From assembly GCA_938038785.1 (NCBI GenBank), contig CALHTB010000054.1:465-64464 (forward strand): a stretch of DNA of 64,000 bases, written 5' to 3'. This DNA comes from an uncultured Acidimicrobiales bacterium (GTDB lineage Bacteria > Actinomycetota > Acidimicrobiia > Acidimicrobiales > SHLQ01). How positions within the stretch are numbered: position 1 is the stretch's first letter; each line of letters opens with the position of its first letter. A model generated the notes under the pieces. That model saw nothing but the letters and a program-made list of their open reading frames with translations, ran no database searches and had not been told where the DNA came from. Below are positions 20,507 through 29,752 of the stretch, in pieces. A program made the position numbers and the translations under genes.

Positions 20507-21261
20507 CAGCTGGCACTAACGAACGAGTCGAAGCCATCAGACTCGATCATTTCAACGATCTCCATGCCGCCGCTTTGGACGATCTTGCCGTCCGACATGA
20601 CATGCACGAAATCGGGCTGAAGGTGGTCGAGCAGCCGTTGGTAGTGAGTGATGACCAGCACACCGAGCTCGGACTTCTTCGCCCGCACAGCCTGCACACC
20701 TTCGGCGACAACGCGAAGGGCGTCGATGTCGAGGCCCGAGTCGGTTTCGTCGAGGATGGCGATCTCGGGTTCGAGAAGGGCCATCTGGAGAATCTCGTTG
20801 CGCTTCTTCTCGCCACCGCTGAAACCCTCGTTGAGGAAGCGGTCCATGAATGCAGTGTCCATGTTGAGCGTTTCCATCCACTCGGTCAGCGCCATGTAGA
20901 TCTCGATTGTCGACACGTCTTCACCTGTGCGGGCCTGCACTGCTTGTTGCAGGAAGTTGCGGACCGACACGCCCGGGATGGCTTGGGGGTATTGGAACGC
21001 CAAGAAGATCCCGGCGCGTGCTCGCACGTCGGGGTCCCAGTCAGCAAGGTCGTCGCCGTTGAGCTTCACCGTGCCGCTGGTGATTTCGTATTCGGGGCTC
21101 CCTGCAAGAGCCGCCGCGAGGGTTGACTTTCCGCAACCGTTTGGCCCCATTAGGGCATGAACCTCGCCTGATTTCACGGTGAGGTCGACGCCTTTCACGA
21201 TCTCGATTCCGTCGGGAGTCGAGATGTGGACGTCGGACAGGTCAAACAGCGGTGCAGCCAT
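20506..21261 (-). CDS. sufC: Fe-S cluster assembly ATPase SufC (copy 2)
   Basis: GPNGCGKST, FQYP, FSGGEKKRNE, ILDETDSGLD, ITHY motifs. Start set at MAAPLF, which has TACACT 7 nt upstream. Confidence 0.94.
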   Translation of the reverse strand: MAAPLFDLSDVHISTPDGIEIVKGVDLTVKSGEVHALMGPNGCGKSTLAAALAGSPEYEITSGTVKLNGDDLADWDPDVRARAGIFLAFQYPQAIPGVSVRNFLQQAVQARTGEDVSTIEIYMALTEWMETLNMDTAFMDRFLNEGFSGGEKKRNEILQMALLEPEIAILDETDSGLDIDALRVVAEGVQAVRAKKSELGVLVITHYQRLLDHLQPDFVHVMSDGKIVQSGGMEIVEMIESDGFDSFVSAS

Positions 21262-21402
21262 GTTCCGCAGTGTATTTCGACCGCCCCAGAACCCACCGAC
21301 TGGATGGAACCTAAGTACATCTCGGTGGCGTTGATGGTTGAGGTTGCACGGCGGATCACGTGCCGTGGTGAGCCTCAATACACAACAACCGATTGGAGAA
21401 AT

Positions 21403-22143
21403 ATGAGAATGCAACGAAACGCGCTGACCAGCGCTCTTTGCGTAGTCGCGATGGTTGGCGGGCTTGTCCTGTCCATGGGGGGTATTGCATCTGCCTCGTC
21501 GAATTGCGACTACAGCGCTGCTGCGCAGAATAACGGCTGGGGCTGGGACCCCGTATCGCTATCGAGCTGTGCACCACAAGACGCCGACTCACCCGCGTTG
21601 GACAACTGCGATTACAGCGCTGCTGGGCAGAACAACGGCTGGGGCTGGGATCCGGTTGCCCTAGAGAGCTGCGCTCCACGTCCCGAGGTTGCAGCTGCTA
21701 GCGGATTAAGTGGCCTCCCAGGACTTCCGAGCATCCAGGACCGCTTGGACCAGCAGGTGATGGAGCAAATTGATATGACCGAAACGTTGTTGTCGGATAT
21801 CGCTGAGGCGTTGGCAATTCAGGAGGCGAATGAAGCAGCGCGTCAAGAGCGGGAAAACCGCGAAGCGTGCGTTGGCAGCATGGACAACGCCGCGAACTGT
21901 TCCAGCCCGCAGAACGGATGTGTTGGCAGCATGTCGAACGCTGCGAGCTGCTCGAGTGCCGGAACAAACTCACAGCAGAACGGATGTGTTGGCAGCATGT
22001 CGAACGCTGCGAGCTGCTCGAGTTCATCGGGCGGCGGCTCCAGCAACGGCAATGGATCATCGAGCGGTGGCTCGTCGGTAACGACCTCTAACGGGTCGAG
22101 TGTGCAGACAAGCAACGGCGCGACGGTTCAGCTGGGAAGCTGA
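21403..22143 (+). CDS. Secreted Cys-repeat protein of unknown function
   Basis: GGAG RBS, signal peptide, 2x CDYSAAxQNNGWGWDPVxLxSCAP, 3x CVGSMxNAAxCSS, and a Ser/Gly-rich tail. Confidence 0.8.
   Translation: MRMQRNALTSALCVVAMVGGLVLSMGGIASASSNCDYSAAAQNNGWGWDPVSLSSCAPQDADSPALDNCDYSAAGQNNGWGWDPVALESCAPRPEVAAASGLSGLPGLPSIQDRLDQQVMEQIDMTETLLSDIAEALAIQEANEAARQERENREACVGSMDNAANCSSPQNGCVGSMSNAASCSSAGTNSQQNGCVGSMSNAASCSSSSGGGSSNGNGSSSGGSSVTTSNGSSVQTSNGATVQLGS
21909..22023 (+). repeat. Two identical 49-bp intragenic repeats (21909-21957, 21975-22023)
   Basis: gcagaacggatgtgttggcagcatgtcgaacgctgcgagctgctcgagt occurs twice. Confidence 0.9.
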
Positions 22144-22154
22144 GTCCGCCGGCG

Positions 22155-22190
22155 TGGGTCGCCCGGGCCTTACCAGCCGCGGGCGACCCA
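22155..22190. terminator. Possible hairpin terminator at the convergent gene junction
   Basis: 11-bp inverted repeat tgggtcgcccg / cgggcgaccca; no U-tract. Confidence 0.35.
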
Positions 22191-22793
22191 GTCGTCGAAG
22201 TGCGGCTTTTCGGTGCCGATCGTGGTGTCCTCGCCATGGCCGGGAAGCACCAAACAGTCGTCGCTGAGGACCTTGTAGAACCGGTCCTCGATCGAGTGCA
22301 TGATCGTGGCGAAATCGCCGCCTTCGAACTTGGTAGCGCCCGCGCCGCCGGGGAAGAGGGTGTCTCCGCTAAATAGAATCGGAGCGCCTTCCAGCTTGAA
22401 ACTCATCGACCCGGGCGTGTGTCCCGGGGCATGAATCGTCTGCAGCCGGAGACGGCCAACTTCGATCATCGTGTCGTCCTCAAGGATCTCGTCATAGCTG
22501 TCGAGCATCGACGAGTCTTCCTTCGTGACCCCAACGGAATACCCGGCGTTGCGCATCTCGGGAATGGCGGCGATGTGGTCCCAATGGCCGTGGGTTTCGA
22601 CGATCCGTCGCACATTCAGCGCCTTGGCCAGCTCGAGCAGCTTCTCGTGTTCGTTCGCAGCGTCGATAAGCAGACTCTCGCCGGTCTCGGTGCAGCGCAA
22701 GACAAAGACATTGTTGTCGACTGGACCCACAACGACTTTGTGAATCTCGAACCCGGTGTCGGCGTGATGGAGCGTGCTCGTCAGATCGATCAT
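22170..22793 (-). CDS. MBL-fold metallo-hydrolase (glyoxalase II-like)
   Basis: THGHWDH, PGHTPG, FSGDTLF, PGHG motifs. Start at MIDLT, with TAGTGT 7 nt upstream. Confidence 0.92.
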   Translation of the reverse strand: MIDLTSTLHHADTGFEIHKVVVGPVDNNVFVLRCTETGESLLIDAANEHEKLLELAKALNVRRIVETHGHWDHIAAIPEMRNAGYSVGVTKEDSSMLDSYDEILEDDTMIEVGRLRLQTIHAPGHTPGSMSFKLEGAPILFSGDTLFPGGAGATKFEGGDFATIMHSIEDRFYKVLSDDCLVLPGHGEDTTIGTEKPHFDDWVARGW

Positions 22794-22880
22794 GGCTACG
22801 ACACTAGCCATTGCCGTCTTCGCTAGTGACGGCGTCATGGGGAACCGTGCGTGGAGATGCTGTCGCAAGTAGATCAAAAA

Positions 22881-22918
22881 GTTGCCCGAAACGGTCAACC
22901 TTGACCGTTTCGGGCAAC
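22881..22918. repeat. Perfect 18-bp-arm palindrome downstream of the DUF559 gene
   Basis: gttgcccgaaacggtcaa-cc-ttgaccgtttcgggcaac. Confidence 0.95.
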
Positions 22919-22931
22919 ATTTCGCATTGGG

Positions 22932-23876
22932 CTAGGCCGCGGGCAGCTCGATTCCCATCAACGCAGCTCGGCGCCGAGCAGCCGCTGCAAACTGGCGAAC
23001 GAAGGCGGCTGCGTCGGAGGTTTGGGACCACGTCACGTACAACAGCTGCCACCCTTCGGTTGTAAGGGCGAGGTCACGCACATTGTCAGCGTCGACCTGA
23101 TCGGCTCGCCAATGAAACGACCGACTGTGGGCCTCGACCCCAAGCTTTAACGCAGGGCAGGCGATGTCGATGCGATATCGGCGGCCCTGCACTGCCAGCT
23201 CGTGCTGCAGAATGATCGGTGGCATCCAGGGAAGGCTGACGAGGTCGGCAACGACTCGCTCGAACCAGCTATCGGTAACACCAGAAACTCGCTTGGGGTG
23301 TTCGAGCACTTTTTGAAGGGCGGCTACACCACCAGGGTTCCGAGAACCGAGGCGGTCCATAGTTTGCTCAAGCCAGCGCATCGAGTCGGTGCGAAGAAAC
23401 TCGTCCAAACAGCGCTCGAGCACGTTCGTCGGCACATGTGGCCCGAGCGAGCACAATGTGGCAGCTCGATTCAACGACCGGATGTGAGACACCGTCGTGA
23501 CATCGACAGCCGGGTCGATTTGATTCCATCGCTTTAGCTCGGCCGTCGGGTGGTTGCGGGTTCTGGTCGACGGCACCCAAAGCTGCGGGAGGCTTGGCGT
23601 TTCATTCACCCACCCGTGGAGCCAAGCAGCAGAAGTTGTCGTCGCTGCAGAGCGCTCGACCGATAGCGTCGCGCCGCGCAATTCCTGCTCTGCTGATCGG
23701 GGTAGCGCCACCACCGCCCAGACCTTCGGGTGCAGGCGATAGACGTGTCTCTCGAGCTCCGCCCGGCGGAGTCGACGGATGTTTATGGACTTTTCGGCGG
23801 CCTCGGCTGAATGCACTGCGTTATGTCGGGAGGCTGCGAACTCGACAAACGCACTAAGTGCCTTGTCGTACTGCAT
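22932..23876 (-). CDS. AbiEi-like / DUF559 (Vsr-like PD-(D/E)XK endonuclease) domain protein
   Basis: C-terminal SWFE...RYRIDIACPALKLGVEAHSRSFH...DNVRDLALTTEGWQLLYVTW is a typical DUF559 pattern. The N-terminal region resembles actinobacterial AbiEi-type proteins. Start at MQYDK. Confidence 0.8.
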   Translation of the reverse strand: MQYDKALSAFVEFAASRHNAVHSAEAAEKSINIRRLRRAELERHVYRLHPKVWAVVALPRSAEQELRGATLSVERSAATTTSAAWLHGWVNETPSLPQLWVPSTRTRNHPTAELKRWNQIDPAVDVTTVSHIRSLNRAATLCSLGPHVPTNVLERCLDEFLRTDSMRWLEQTMDRLGSRNPGGVAALQKVLEHPKRVSGVTDSWFERVVADLVSLPWMPPIILQHELAVQGRRYRIDIACPALKLGVEAHSRSFHWRADQVDADNVRDLALTTEGWQLLYVTWSQTSDAAAFVRQFAAAARRRAALMGIELPAA

Positions 23877-23882
23877 GCCCGC

Positions 23883-23904
23883 ACCATACGAGCGTGGTGT
23901 GACA
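23883..23904 (-). promoter_or_regulatory. Putative PafBC/RecA-NDp-type promoter, leaderless
   Basis: Minus strand reads TGTCAC-ACCACGCTCG-TATGGT-GCGGGC-ATG. Confidence 0.6.
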
Positions 23905-23925
23905 CGACTGCACTTACCCAAAACC

Positions 23926-23971
23926 AAATGTTGCCCGAAACGGTCAACCTTGACCGTTTCGGGCAACATTT
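23926..23971. repeat. Perfect 22-bp-arm palindrome upstream of the DUF559 gene; core identical to 22881-22918
   Basis: aaatgttgcccgaaacggtcaa-cc-ttgaccgtttcgggcaacattt. Confidence 0.95.
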
Positions 23972-24002
23972 CGGCTGGATTCGGGCCAGCAGGCCCGGCG
24001 AA

Positions 24003-24998
24003 CTACCGCGAGTACTTTTCGTGCTTGGTGAGTTGGTGTTGGCCTTCGATGAGACGCACGGTGCCCGACTTTGATCGCATGACGAGCGACTGGGTGTGGG
24101 CAACACCGCGCTCGTAGCGGACGCCTTCGAGCAGGTCACCGTCGGTAATGCCGGTCGCAGCGAAGAAGCAGTTGTTTGAGCTCACAAGGTCGGAGATATG
24201 CAACACCTTCTTGAGGTCGTAGCCGGCTTCGATTGCCTCGTTTCGCTCGGCTTCGTTGCGCGGCCACAGCATTCCCTGCTGCTCGCCACCCATGCACATA
24301 AGCGCCGCAGCCGAGATAACACCTTCGGGCGTTCCACCGATTCCGAACAGCACGTCTGCGCCCGAACCGCGCCACGCCGTCGAGATTGCGCCGGCGACGT
24401 CGCCGTCAGAGATGAGGCGGATTCGAGCACCGGCGGCTCGGATCTCATTGATGAGCTCGCCATGGCGATCGCGGTCGAGGATCACGGCGGTGAGGTTCTC
24501 GACGGCCTTGTTCTTCGCTTCGGCAATGGCGTGCAAGTTCTCGGTAGGGGAGCGAGTGATGTCGATAGAACCGGCGGCGTCGGGGCCAACTGCGATCTTC
24601 TCCATGTACACACAAGGGCCCGGGTCGAACATCGATCCGCCCTCGGATGCAGCGATGACGGCGAGTGCGTTGGCTCGGCCGAGTGCGGTCAGGGTGGTGC
24701 CGTCGATTGGGTCGACCGCAATGTCGACCTTCGGCGGTTCGCCGTTGCCGATCTGCTCGCCATTGAACAGCATCGGCGCTTCGTCCTTCTCGCCCTCGCC
24801 AATGATGACCGTGCCGTCCATAGCGACCACGGACAGCTGGCTACGCATAGCGTCGACGGCCGCGCCATCGGCTGCGAGCTTGTCGCCTCGGCCCATAAAT
24901 CGGGACGCAGCGATTGCCGCAACCTCGGTTACTCGAACTAGCTCGAGGGCCAAGTTTCGATCGGGGTTCGTTCGGTTGGACGATGTTGGGTCCGACAT
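24003..24998 (-). CDS. glpX: Class II fructose-1,6-bisphosphatase
   Basis: [39 protein letters not shown] motifs; AGGAG RBS before MSDPT. Confidence 0.96.
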   Translation of the reverse strand: MSDPTSSNRTNPDRNLALELVRVTEVAAIAASRFMGRGDKLAADGAAVDAMRSQLSVVAMDGTVIIGEGEKDEAPMLFNGEQIGNGEPPKVDIAVDPIDGTTLTALGRANALAVIAASEGGSMFDPGPCVYMEKIAVGPDAAGSIDITRSPTENLHAIAEAKNKAVENLTAVILDRDRHGELINEIRAAGARIRLISDGDVAGAISTAWRGSGADVLFGIGGTPEGVISAAALMCMGGEQQGMLWPRNEAERNEAIEAGYDLKKVLHISDLVSSNNCFFAATGITDGDLLEGVRYERGVAHTQSLVMRSKSGTVRLIEGQHQLTKHEKYSR

Positions 24999-25095
24999 GA
25001 TGACTCTCCTGCGCAGTGCCATCTGCATCTGCACTATTGCTATCGGCAGTTCCCGCTCCGGCGTAACCGCCTCGAAGAGAGTAGCTTTCCTTCTC

Positions 25096-25911
25096 ATGTC
25101 AACCATGTATTGCTTCCAATGCGCCCGCGAGTACGTCGAAGATGTGGTCGAGTGTTCCGAGTGCGGTGTGGGCTTGGTCGAAGACAAGCCAACGCCGCCA
25201 GATGAGGTCGGCGGGGCTGAAGACCCGCAGGTCGCATACGAGCTATACGAGTGGTCATTTGAAGCTCGCCGCATGCTCGAAGGGCTCCTCACCAGTGAGG
25301 GGATTCCCCACGGTTGGCAGGGCGCGGTGTTGATCGTGCTCGAAGCAGACGAGAGCCGTGTCGACGCTCTTGCCGAGCAAGCAGAACAAGCCGATGGGCC
25401 GATTCTCGATGACGACGTCGAGAAAATTGGCTACGACATGGAGGAGTGGTCGGCCGAGGCCCAGTCAGCTCTCGTCGATGCTCTGGGTCTTGCTGGTGTA
25501 GCCCACATGTTCTCAGCGGAGGGCGAGCTTCTTGTTTCCGAGGAGAATGAAGAGCAGGTCGACGAGATCATCGACCAGGTCACCGAACGCATCGCAATCG
25601 ACGACTCGTTGGGTGAAGCCAACCAGGTCGTCGAAGGGCTCAAGCTCAACGACTTGCTGGGTGACGTTCGAGTGCTGGCAAACAAACTGGTCAAGAACGC
25701 GGGCGACGCGAAGGCCACGCTGGCCATGGTGAAGAAGGCCGAGCTCCTCGCCGATGTGAAGACGCCGTTCGGGTTCGACAGCCGCAAGTGGTCACGGATT
25801 CGCCTTCGGGCCACCCAGATGCACGAGACGCTTGCCGACGAAGATCGTGACGAAGAGCTTGTGAACGAGGCTGCGGCGGGCCTTTCCCAGGAACTGCAAG
25901 AAGTTGTTTAA
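25096..25911 (+). CDS. Hypothetical protein with N-terminal zinc ribbon and duplicated small domain
   Basis: YCFQC...CSECG, with internal repeat YELYEWS / YDMEEWS. The ORF-track extension overlaps glpX and is discarded. Confidence 0.75.
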   Translation: MSTMYCFQCAREYVEDVVECSECGVGLVEDKPTPPDEVGGAEDPQVAYELYEWSFEARRMLEGLLTSEGIPHGWQGAVLIVLEADESRVDALAEQAEQADGPILDDDVEKIGYDMEEWSAEAQSALVDALGLAGVAHMFSAEGELLVSEENEEQVDEIIDQVTERIAIDDSLGEANQVVEGLKLNDLLGDVRVLANKLVKNAGDAKATLAMVKKAELLADVKTPFGFDSRKWSRIRLRATQMHETLADEDRDEELVNEAAAGLSQELQEVV

Positions 25912-25962
25912 CAACGCGTCCGGCTGCGCTGGACGAATCGAGGACCCCTACCCTTGGCAGTA

Positions 25963-26673
25963 ATGGTCTTGGCGTACTTAGAGGTTTGGCACTCGCGTCC
26001 AATCGCGCCCACGAGGCGTGTCGCACTTGGTGACTCCCATTTGCCGACCGACCCAGCCCCCGGCCCGGGCGGATTGCTTCTCGGCGCCGTACTCGCCCGA
26101 TTCTCTGCAGACCTCGACGGCGACTTGCGCAGCGACATGCAAACGCTGATGAACGAGATCGAACGCGGCCAGCGAATTGGCCAGCCACGACTTCGTCATC
26201 GCTTGCAAGACGATCGCGTGGGGTTGACCCGGAGCCGTCACCGTCTGGTGGTCGGCAAGGACGGGCTTCGCTTCGAGATGGAAACGACCAAGGGTCTGCC
26301 GGCACAGTCAGCACTCGCCGCGGTGTACGCCTGCGGGCAAGTCCCGATCGAGAATCGCTCGGCTGTGATGGAAGTGCTGCGTCGTGGACTCGAGTGGGTT
26401 GGCCCGGTTGGGCCCGGGCTCATCGAGCACCTCGTTGGCCGTGATGTTGCCATGCGCTTCCGTTCGGGGGCGTACTCGTCCGCGTCCGACCCAATGATTT
26501 GGGCACTGGGAATTCTCGAGCTCGATTCGGTGGCCGATGTGGCTCCGAAGGACATCCAGAAGAGCTATCGCCGGCTCCTGCGCGATGCGCACCCCGATCA
26601 TGGCGCTGGCGAGGATGAAGCTGCCGACCGCATCGCCGAACTGTCGAGGGCCCGCGAGATCCTGCTGTCCTAG
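25963..26673 (+). CDS. Protein with C-terminal J domain
   Basis: IQKSYRRLLRDAHPDHG, with the HPD motif intact. Confidence 0.82.
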   Translation: MVLAYLEVWHSRPIAPTRRVALGDSHLPTDPAPGPGGLLLGAVLARFSADLDGDLRSDMQTLMNEIERGQRIGQPRLRHRLQDDRVGLTRSRHRLVVGKDGLRFEMETTKGLPAQSALAAVYACGQVPIENRSAVMEVLRRGLEWVGPVGPGLIEHLVGRDVAMRFRSGAYSSASDPMIWALGILELDSVADVAPKDIQKSYRRLLRDAHPDHGAGEDEAADRIAELSRAREILLS

Positions 26674-26682
26674 AGTTACGTC

Positions 26683-27231
26683 ATGACATTGCTTGGACGA
26701 GTTCCAGCGGGCTTGGTGCTCACACCGGGTGCCAGCGCCGACCGTGACCACTCGACGTTGGTGATGATCGAGGAAGCTCTTCCTGAGGTTCCCGTGCTGC
26801 GCCTGACCTTGGCGACGACAAGCGTTCCGCGAGCGGTCACCAAGGTCATCGACGCAACGACCGACTTTGCCGCCGAGCTCGATGCTGACCTTTGCGACAT
26901 CGTCCTTGGCGGCCGAAGCTTTGGCGGCCGATCGTGCTCGGTCGCCGCGGCAGAAGGGCTGGGTGTCGGAGGCTTGTTGCTGCTGTCGTATCCGCTTCAC
27001 CCTCCTGGCAAACCCGACAAGTTGCGCGTCGACCATTTCCCCGACATCGCAATCCCCACGTGGTTTATCTCGGGCGAAAAGGACCCGTTCGGTACCGCAG
27101 CCGAGTTCGAAGAACACATCGCCGCAATCTCGGGCAAGACCACGATCGAATGGGTGGGCGGAGGGCATTCGCCCAAGAACGCTCAAGAACGAGATGTGGT
27201 CGAGCGAACCCGCGCCGCGCTGGTTGGCTAA
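26683..27231 (+). CDS. Alpha/beta hydrolase (dienelactone hydrolase/KANSL3-like)
   Basis: GGRSFGGR, YPLHPPGKP, GEKDPFG, GGH motifs. Confidence 0.88.
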   Translation: MTLLGRVPAGLVLTPGASADRDHSTLVMIEEALPEVPVLRLTLATTSVPRAVTKVIDATTDFAAELDADLCDIVLGGRSFGGRSCSVAAAEGLGVGGLLLLSYPLHPPGKPDKLRVDHFPDIAIPTWFISGEKDPFGTAAEFEEHIAAISGKTTIEWVGGGHSPKNAQERDVVERTRAALVG

Positions 27232-27286
27232 CAACAGTTCTTCTGAGGATGGTGCACGGCATGCGTGGGCTGTGCTCAGAAAAACG

Positions 27287-28108
27287 TTAGGCGACGTCTA
27301 CTGGCACTCCGAGCGGTAGGAACGTGACCAGGCGGGCCACATCGTCGTTGTGCAGGCGGATGCAGCCGGCACTCACCGCGGTGCCAAGCGACTCGGGGCT
27401 GTTGGTGCCGTGGATACCGAGCTGGCCGGGCCCGCCGTTGAATGTCTCGAAGGTTTCAGAGAACCCGGACAAGCCATAGGCGAACGACCCGTACACCGAG
27501 TCGGGCACCGTCGGGGCTAAGAGCTCGGTTAGGTAGTAGCGGCCGCCGGGCGTGGGGGAGTTGTTCGACGCCACGCCGGCCACTGCGTCGAATATCGGCA
27601 CGTTGCGCTGTAGCACTCGAAGTCGAAAGTCGGCGAGGTCGACCTTGATCCGGAAGTTGTGCGTGGCGAGGGCGACATCGGTATTGCGCACCCAACCGAG
27701 GCTGCCGTTTGGGCGAACGGGTAACAGCACCTGATGCCAGTCGCTCTGATTCTCGGTGGTCAAAAAGACGAGTGGACCATTCGTCGGCGTTGGGTTGGCC
27801 ATCTGGTGAATGACCGTTCCGTCGATCTCGTCGAAGACTTCGACTTCGGGAACGAGCGCCGTTGCGACGATTGATTGGTCGACGGTTGGCTGCTCGGCTT
27901 CAACCGCCTCAGCAGTGATCGGCTCCGATTCTGCGGGACCGCGAAGAACCTGTCCGAACTCGGGAAAGGTCGTGGTGGTCGTCGGTCCATCGACAAGCGT
28001 TGGTCGCTCAGGCGGTGTGCCGCAACCAGCCGCTGCAAGCGCGGTCGTTGCAGCAATGCCCGTCAGCAGGCGTCGGCGAGACGGAGAGTCCGCGGCGAGG
28101 GGTTCCAC
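27287..28108 (-). CDS. L,D-transpeptidase (YkuD family), Tat lipoprotein
   Basis: SRRRLL signal, AAGC lipobox, GIHGT...SAGCIRL catalytic motif. GTG start has TACCCT 7 nt upstream. Confidence 0.9.
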   Translation of the reverse strand: MEPLAADSPSRRRLLTGIAATTALAAAGCGTPPERPTLVDGPTTTTTFPEFGQVLRGPAESEPITAEAVEAEQPTVDQSIVATALVPEVEVFDEIDGTVIHQMANPTPTNGPLVFLTTENQSDWHQVLLPVRPNGSLGWVRNTDVALATHNFRIKVDLADFRLRVLQRNVPIFDAVAGVASNNSPTPGGRYYLTELLAPTVPDSVYGSFAYGLSGFSETFETFNGGPGQLGIHGTNSPESLGTAVSAGCIRLHNDDVARLVTFLPLGVPVDVA

Positions 28109-28149
28109 AACAAAAAGGGTAGCGGTGGCAAATCGGTAGCGGTAGGCGG

Positions 28150-29733
28150 TCAGGTCGTGAGTTCGGGTTCGTCGTTGATTTCTTCGAGGGTTCGATTCGC
28201 CGTCTCGGGGTACAGGGTGAGGATGAGCAGAATGAGCAAGATCGGTCCAGCTGTTGCAACCGCCAGGGCCCGGCCGAATGAGTCCCACTGCTCGGCGAGG
28301 CGACCCACGAGCTGCAAGCCAATGACGCTGCCAACGACCGCAAACGCCACGGTCACGCCATTCGCCGTGCTCCGAAGTCGAGTGGGGAAGAGCTCGGGCC
28401 CGTACACCGCCAACGCTGGCACCGCGACCCCGGCACCCAAGACCACACCGATCGCCCGAATGAACCAGATGGCGGTTCCGCCCGAGAAGAACGACAGCAG
28501 CGTCATGCTGGTGCCAATAGCCAACCCGATGGCGCCCACCGGCCGGCGTCCCCACCGATCGGCCAACATGCCGCCCAGCAGCACGCCAAGACCGATCGGG
28601 GTTCCGGTGGTCACGGTGAACAAGCTGATTTGTGTAGCGGTGAACCCCAACTCGTCGCGCAAGAACTGGTTGTCGAACTGGGAGGCAGGGGTCGAGAAGA
28701 TGGTGGCGGCCAGTGCCCCAAAGCTCAACAGCAGAAGGCGGTTGCGAAGCTTCGGGTTTGCCGCAAACTCGCCCAGCGATTCGCGGATAGGTCGATGCTC
28801 GAGGCTGTTGAAGCGCTTCGTTGTCGGGAGTTTGCGAACCGTCCAGACCGCCAACGGAATGAACACCGCAGCCAACGCATAAATGACACGCCAACCCCAA
28901 TCAGCAACCCCAGCGGCTGGCAGCACCCACACGACCATCCCCGAGCCCAACCCCGCAAGTAGCACAAGCATCGACACGCCGTACGCCCTCGACTTCGGCG
29001 GCAGCTCTTCGGCCGCGAACACCAGGAGCAGTAGCCACATGCCGGTTGCGCTGCCGCGGGCGAGGATTTGGGTGGCGGTGATCCAGCCAATAAACGGGGC
29101 GAGCGCACCCAAAGCCGTGGCAGCACACGAGGCGACCGTTGCGATCGACATCGCGAACCGGCGGCCCTTGCGGTCGGCGAGGACAGTGAGCCCGAGGGCA
29201 AAGACGATCGCAACGCGCACGACCGAGAAAATGTCGGCCCGGGCCGAACGGTCGTGCTGTGGGTCGACGCACGTGCGTCCGCCGTTGGCAAGCTCGGTGA
29301 ACTCGGTGCAGAAGTCATCGGCCGCGAAGGTGAGTGTCTGGCCGATGACGGTGCCGATGTAGCCGTTGATGATGGCCAAGACGCCAAGTAACCCAATGAC
29401 GTGCGCGGCCCGCCCGTCCAAACGTCCGCCCGGGGCCCACCACGGGCTCGGGTTTGCCTGGCCTTGTGAAACGTGGCGGCGGAATAGAGGCCAGAACAAA
29501 AACCAGAACACCGGAACGCCGATCTTCCAGCTCGTTTCTTCCACAACCTCGTGCAAGTCCGAGTCGGGAAGCGGCGAAACTTCGAGCGTTCGCTCATAGT
29601 GGGAGAACGGCCCCTCGCCAAGCGCAAACCGGTCTTCTCCGACGTATTCTTCCAGGACGATCCCGTCGTGCGGGGTCCGCAAAGTTGCAAGTTCTTCGTC
29701 ATTGACGACGAGTGTCCTGCGCTGCGTTGTCAC
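28150..29733 (-). CDS. MFS transporter with extra N-terminal soluble region
   Basis: ADRKGRR and ADRWGRR MFS motif A, ELFPTRLRSTA, about 12 hydrophobic segments. Confidence 0.9.
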   Translation of the reverse strand: MTTQRRTLVVNDEELATLRTPHDGIVLEEYVGEDRFALGEGPFSHYERTLEVSPLPDSDLHEVVEETSWKIGVPVFWFLFWPLFRRHVSQGQANPSPWWAPGGRLDGRAAHVIGLLGVLAIINGYIGTVIGQTLTFAADDFCTEFTELANGGRTCVDPQHDRSARADIFSVVRVAIVFALGLTVLADRKGRRFAMSIATVASCAATALGALAPFIGWITATQILARGSATGMWLLLLVFAAEELPPKSRAYGVSMLVLLAGLGSGMVVWVLPAAGVADWGWRVIYALAAVFIPLAVWTVRKLPTTKRFNSLEHRPIRESLGEFAANPKLRNRLLLLSFGALAATIFSTPASQFDNQFLRDELGFTATQISLFTVTTGTPIGLGVLLGGMLADRWGRRPVGAIGLAIGTSMTLLSFFSGGTAIWFIRAIGVVLGAGVAVPALAVYGPELFPTRLRSTANGVTVAFAVVGSVIGLQLVGRLAEQWDSFGRALAVATAGPILLILLILTLYPETANRTLEEINDEPELTT

Positions 29734-29752
29734 TCAGGTAATACTGGCACCG

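Noticed and set aside
24256-25095. Long overlapping ORF extensions around glpX (24256-25911 on +, 24003-25292 on -)
   Set aside because: These are antisense shadow frames typical of high-GC DNA. The real genes are divergent from 24998 and 25096.
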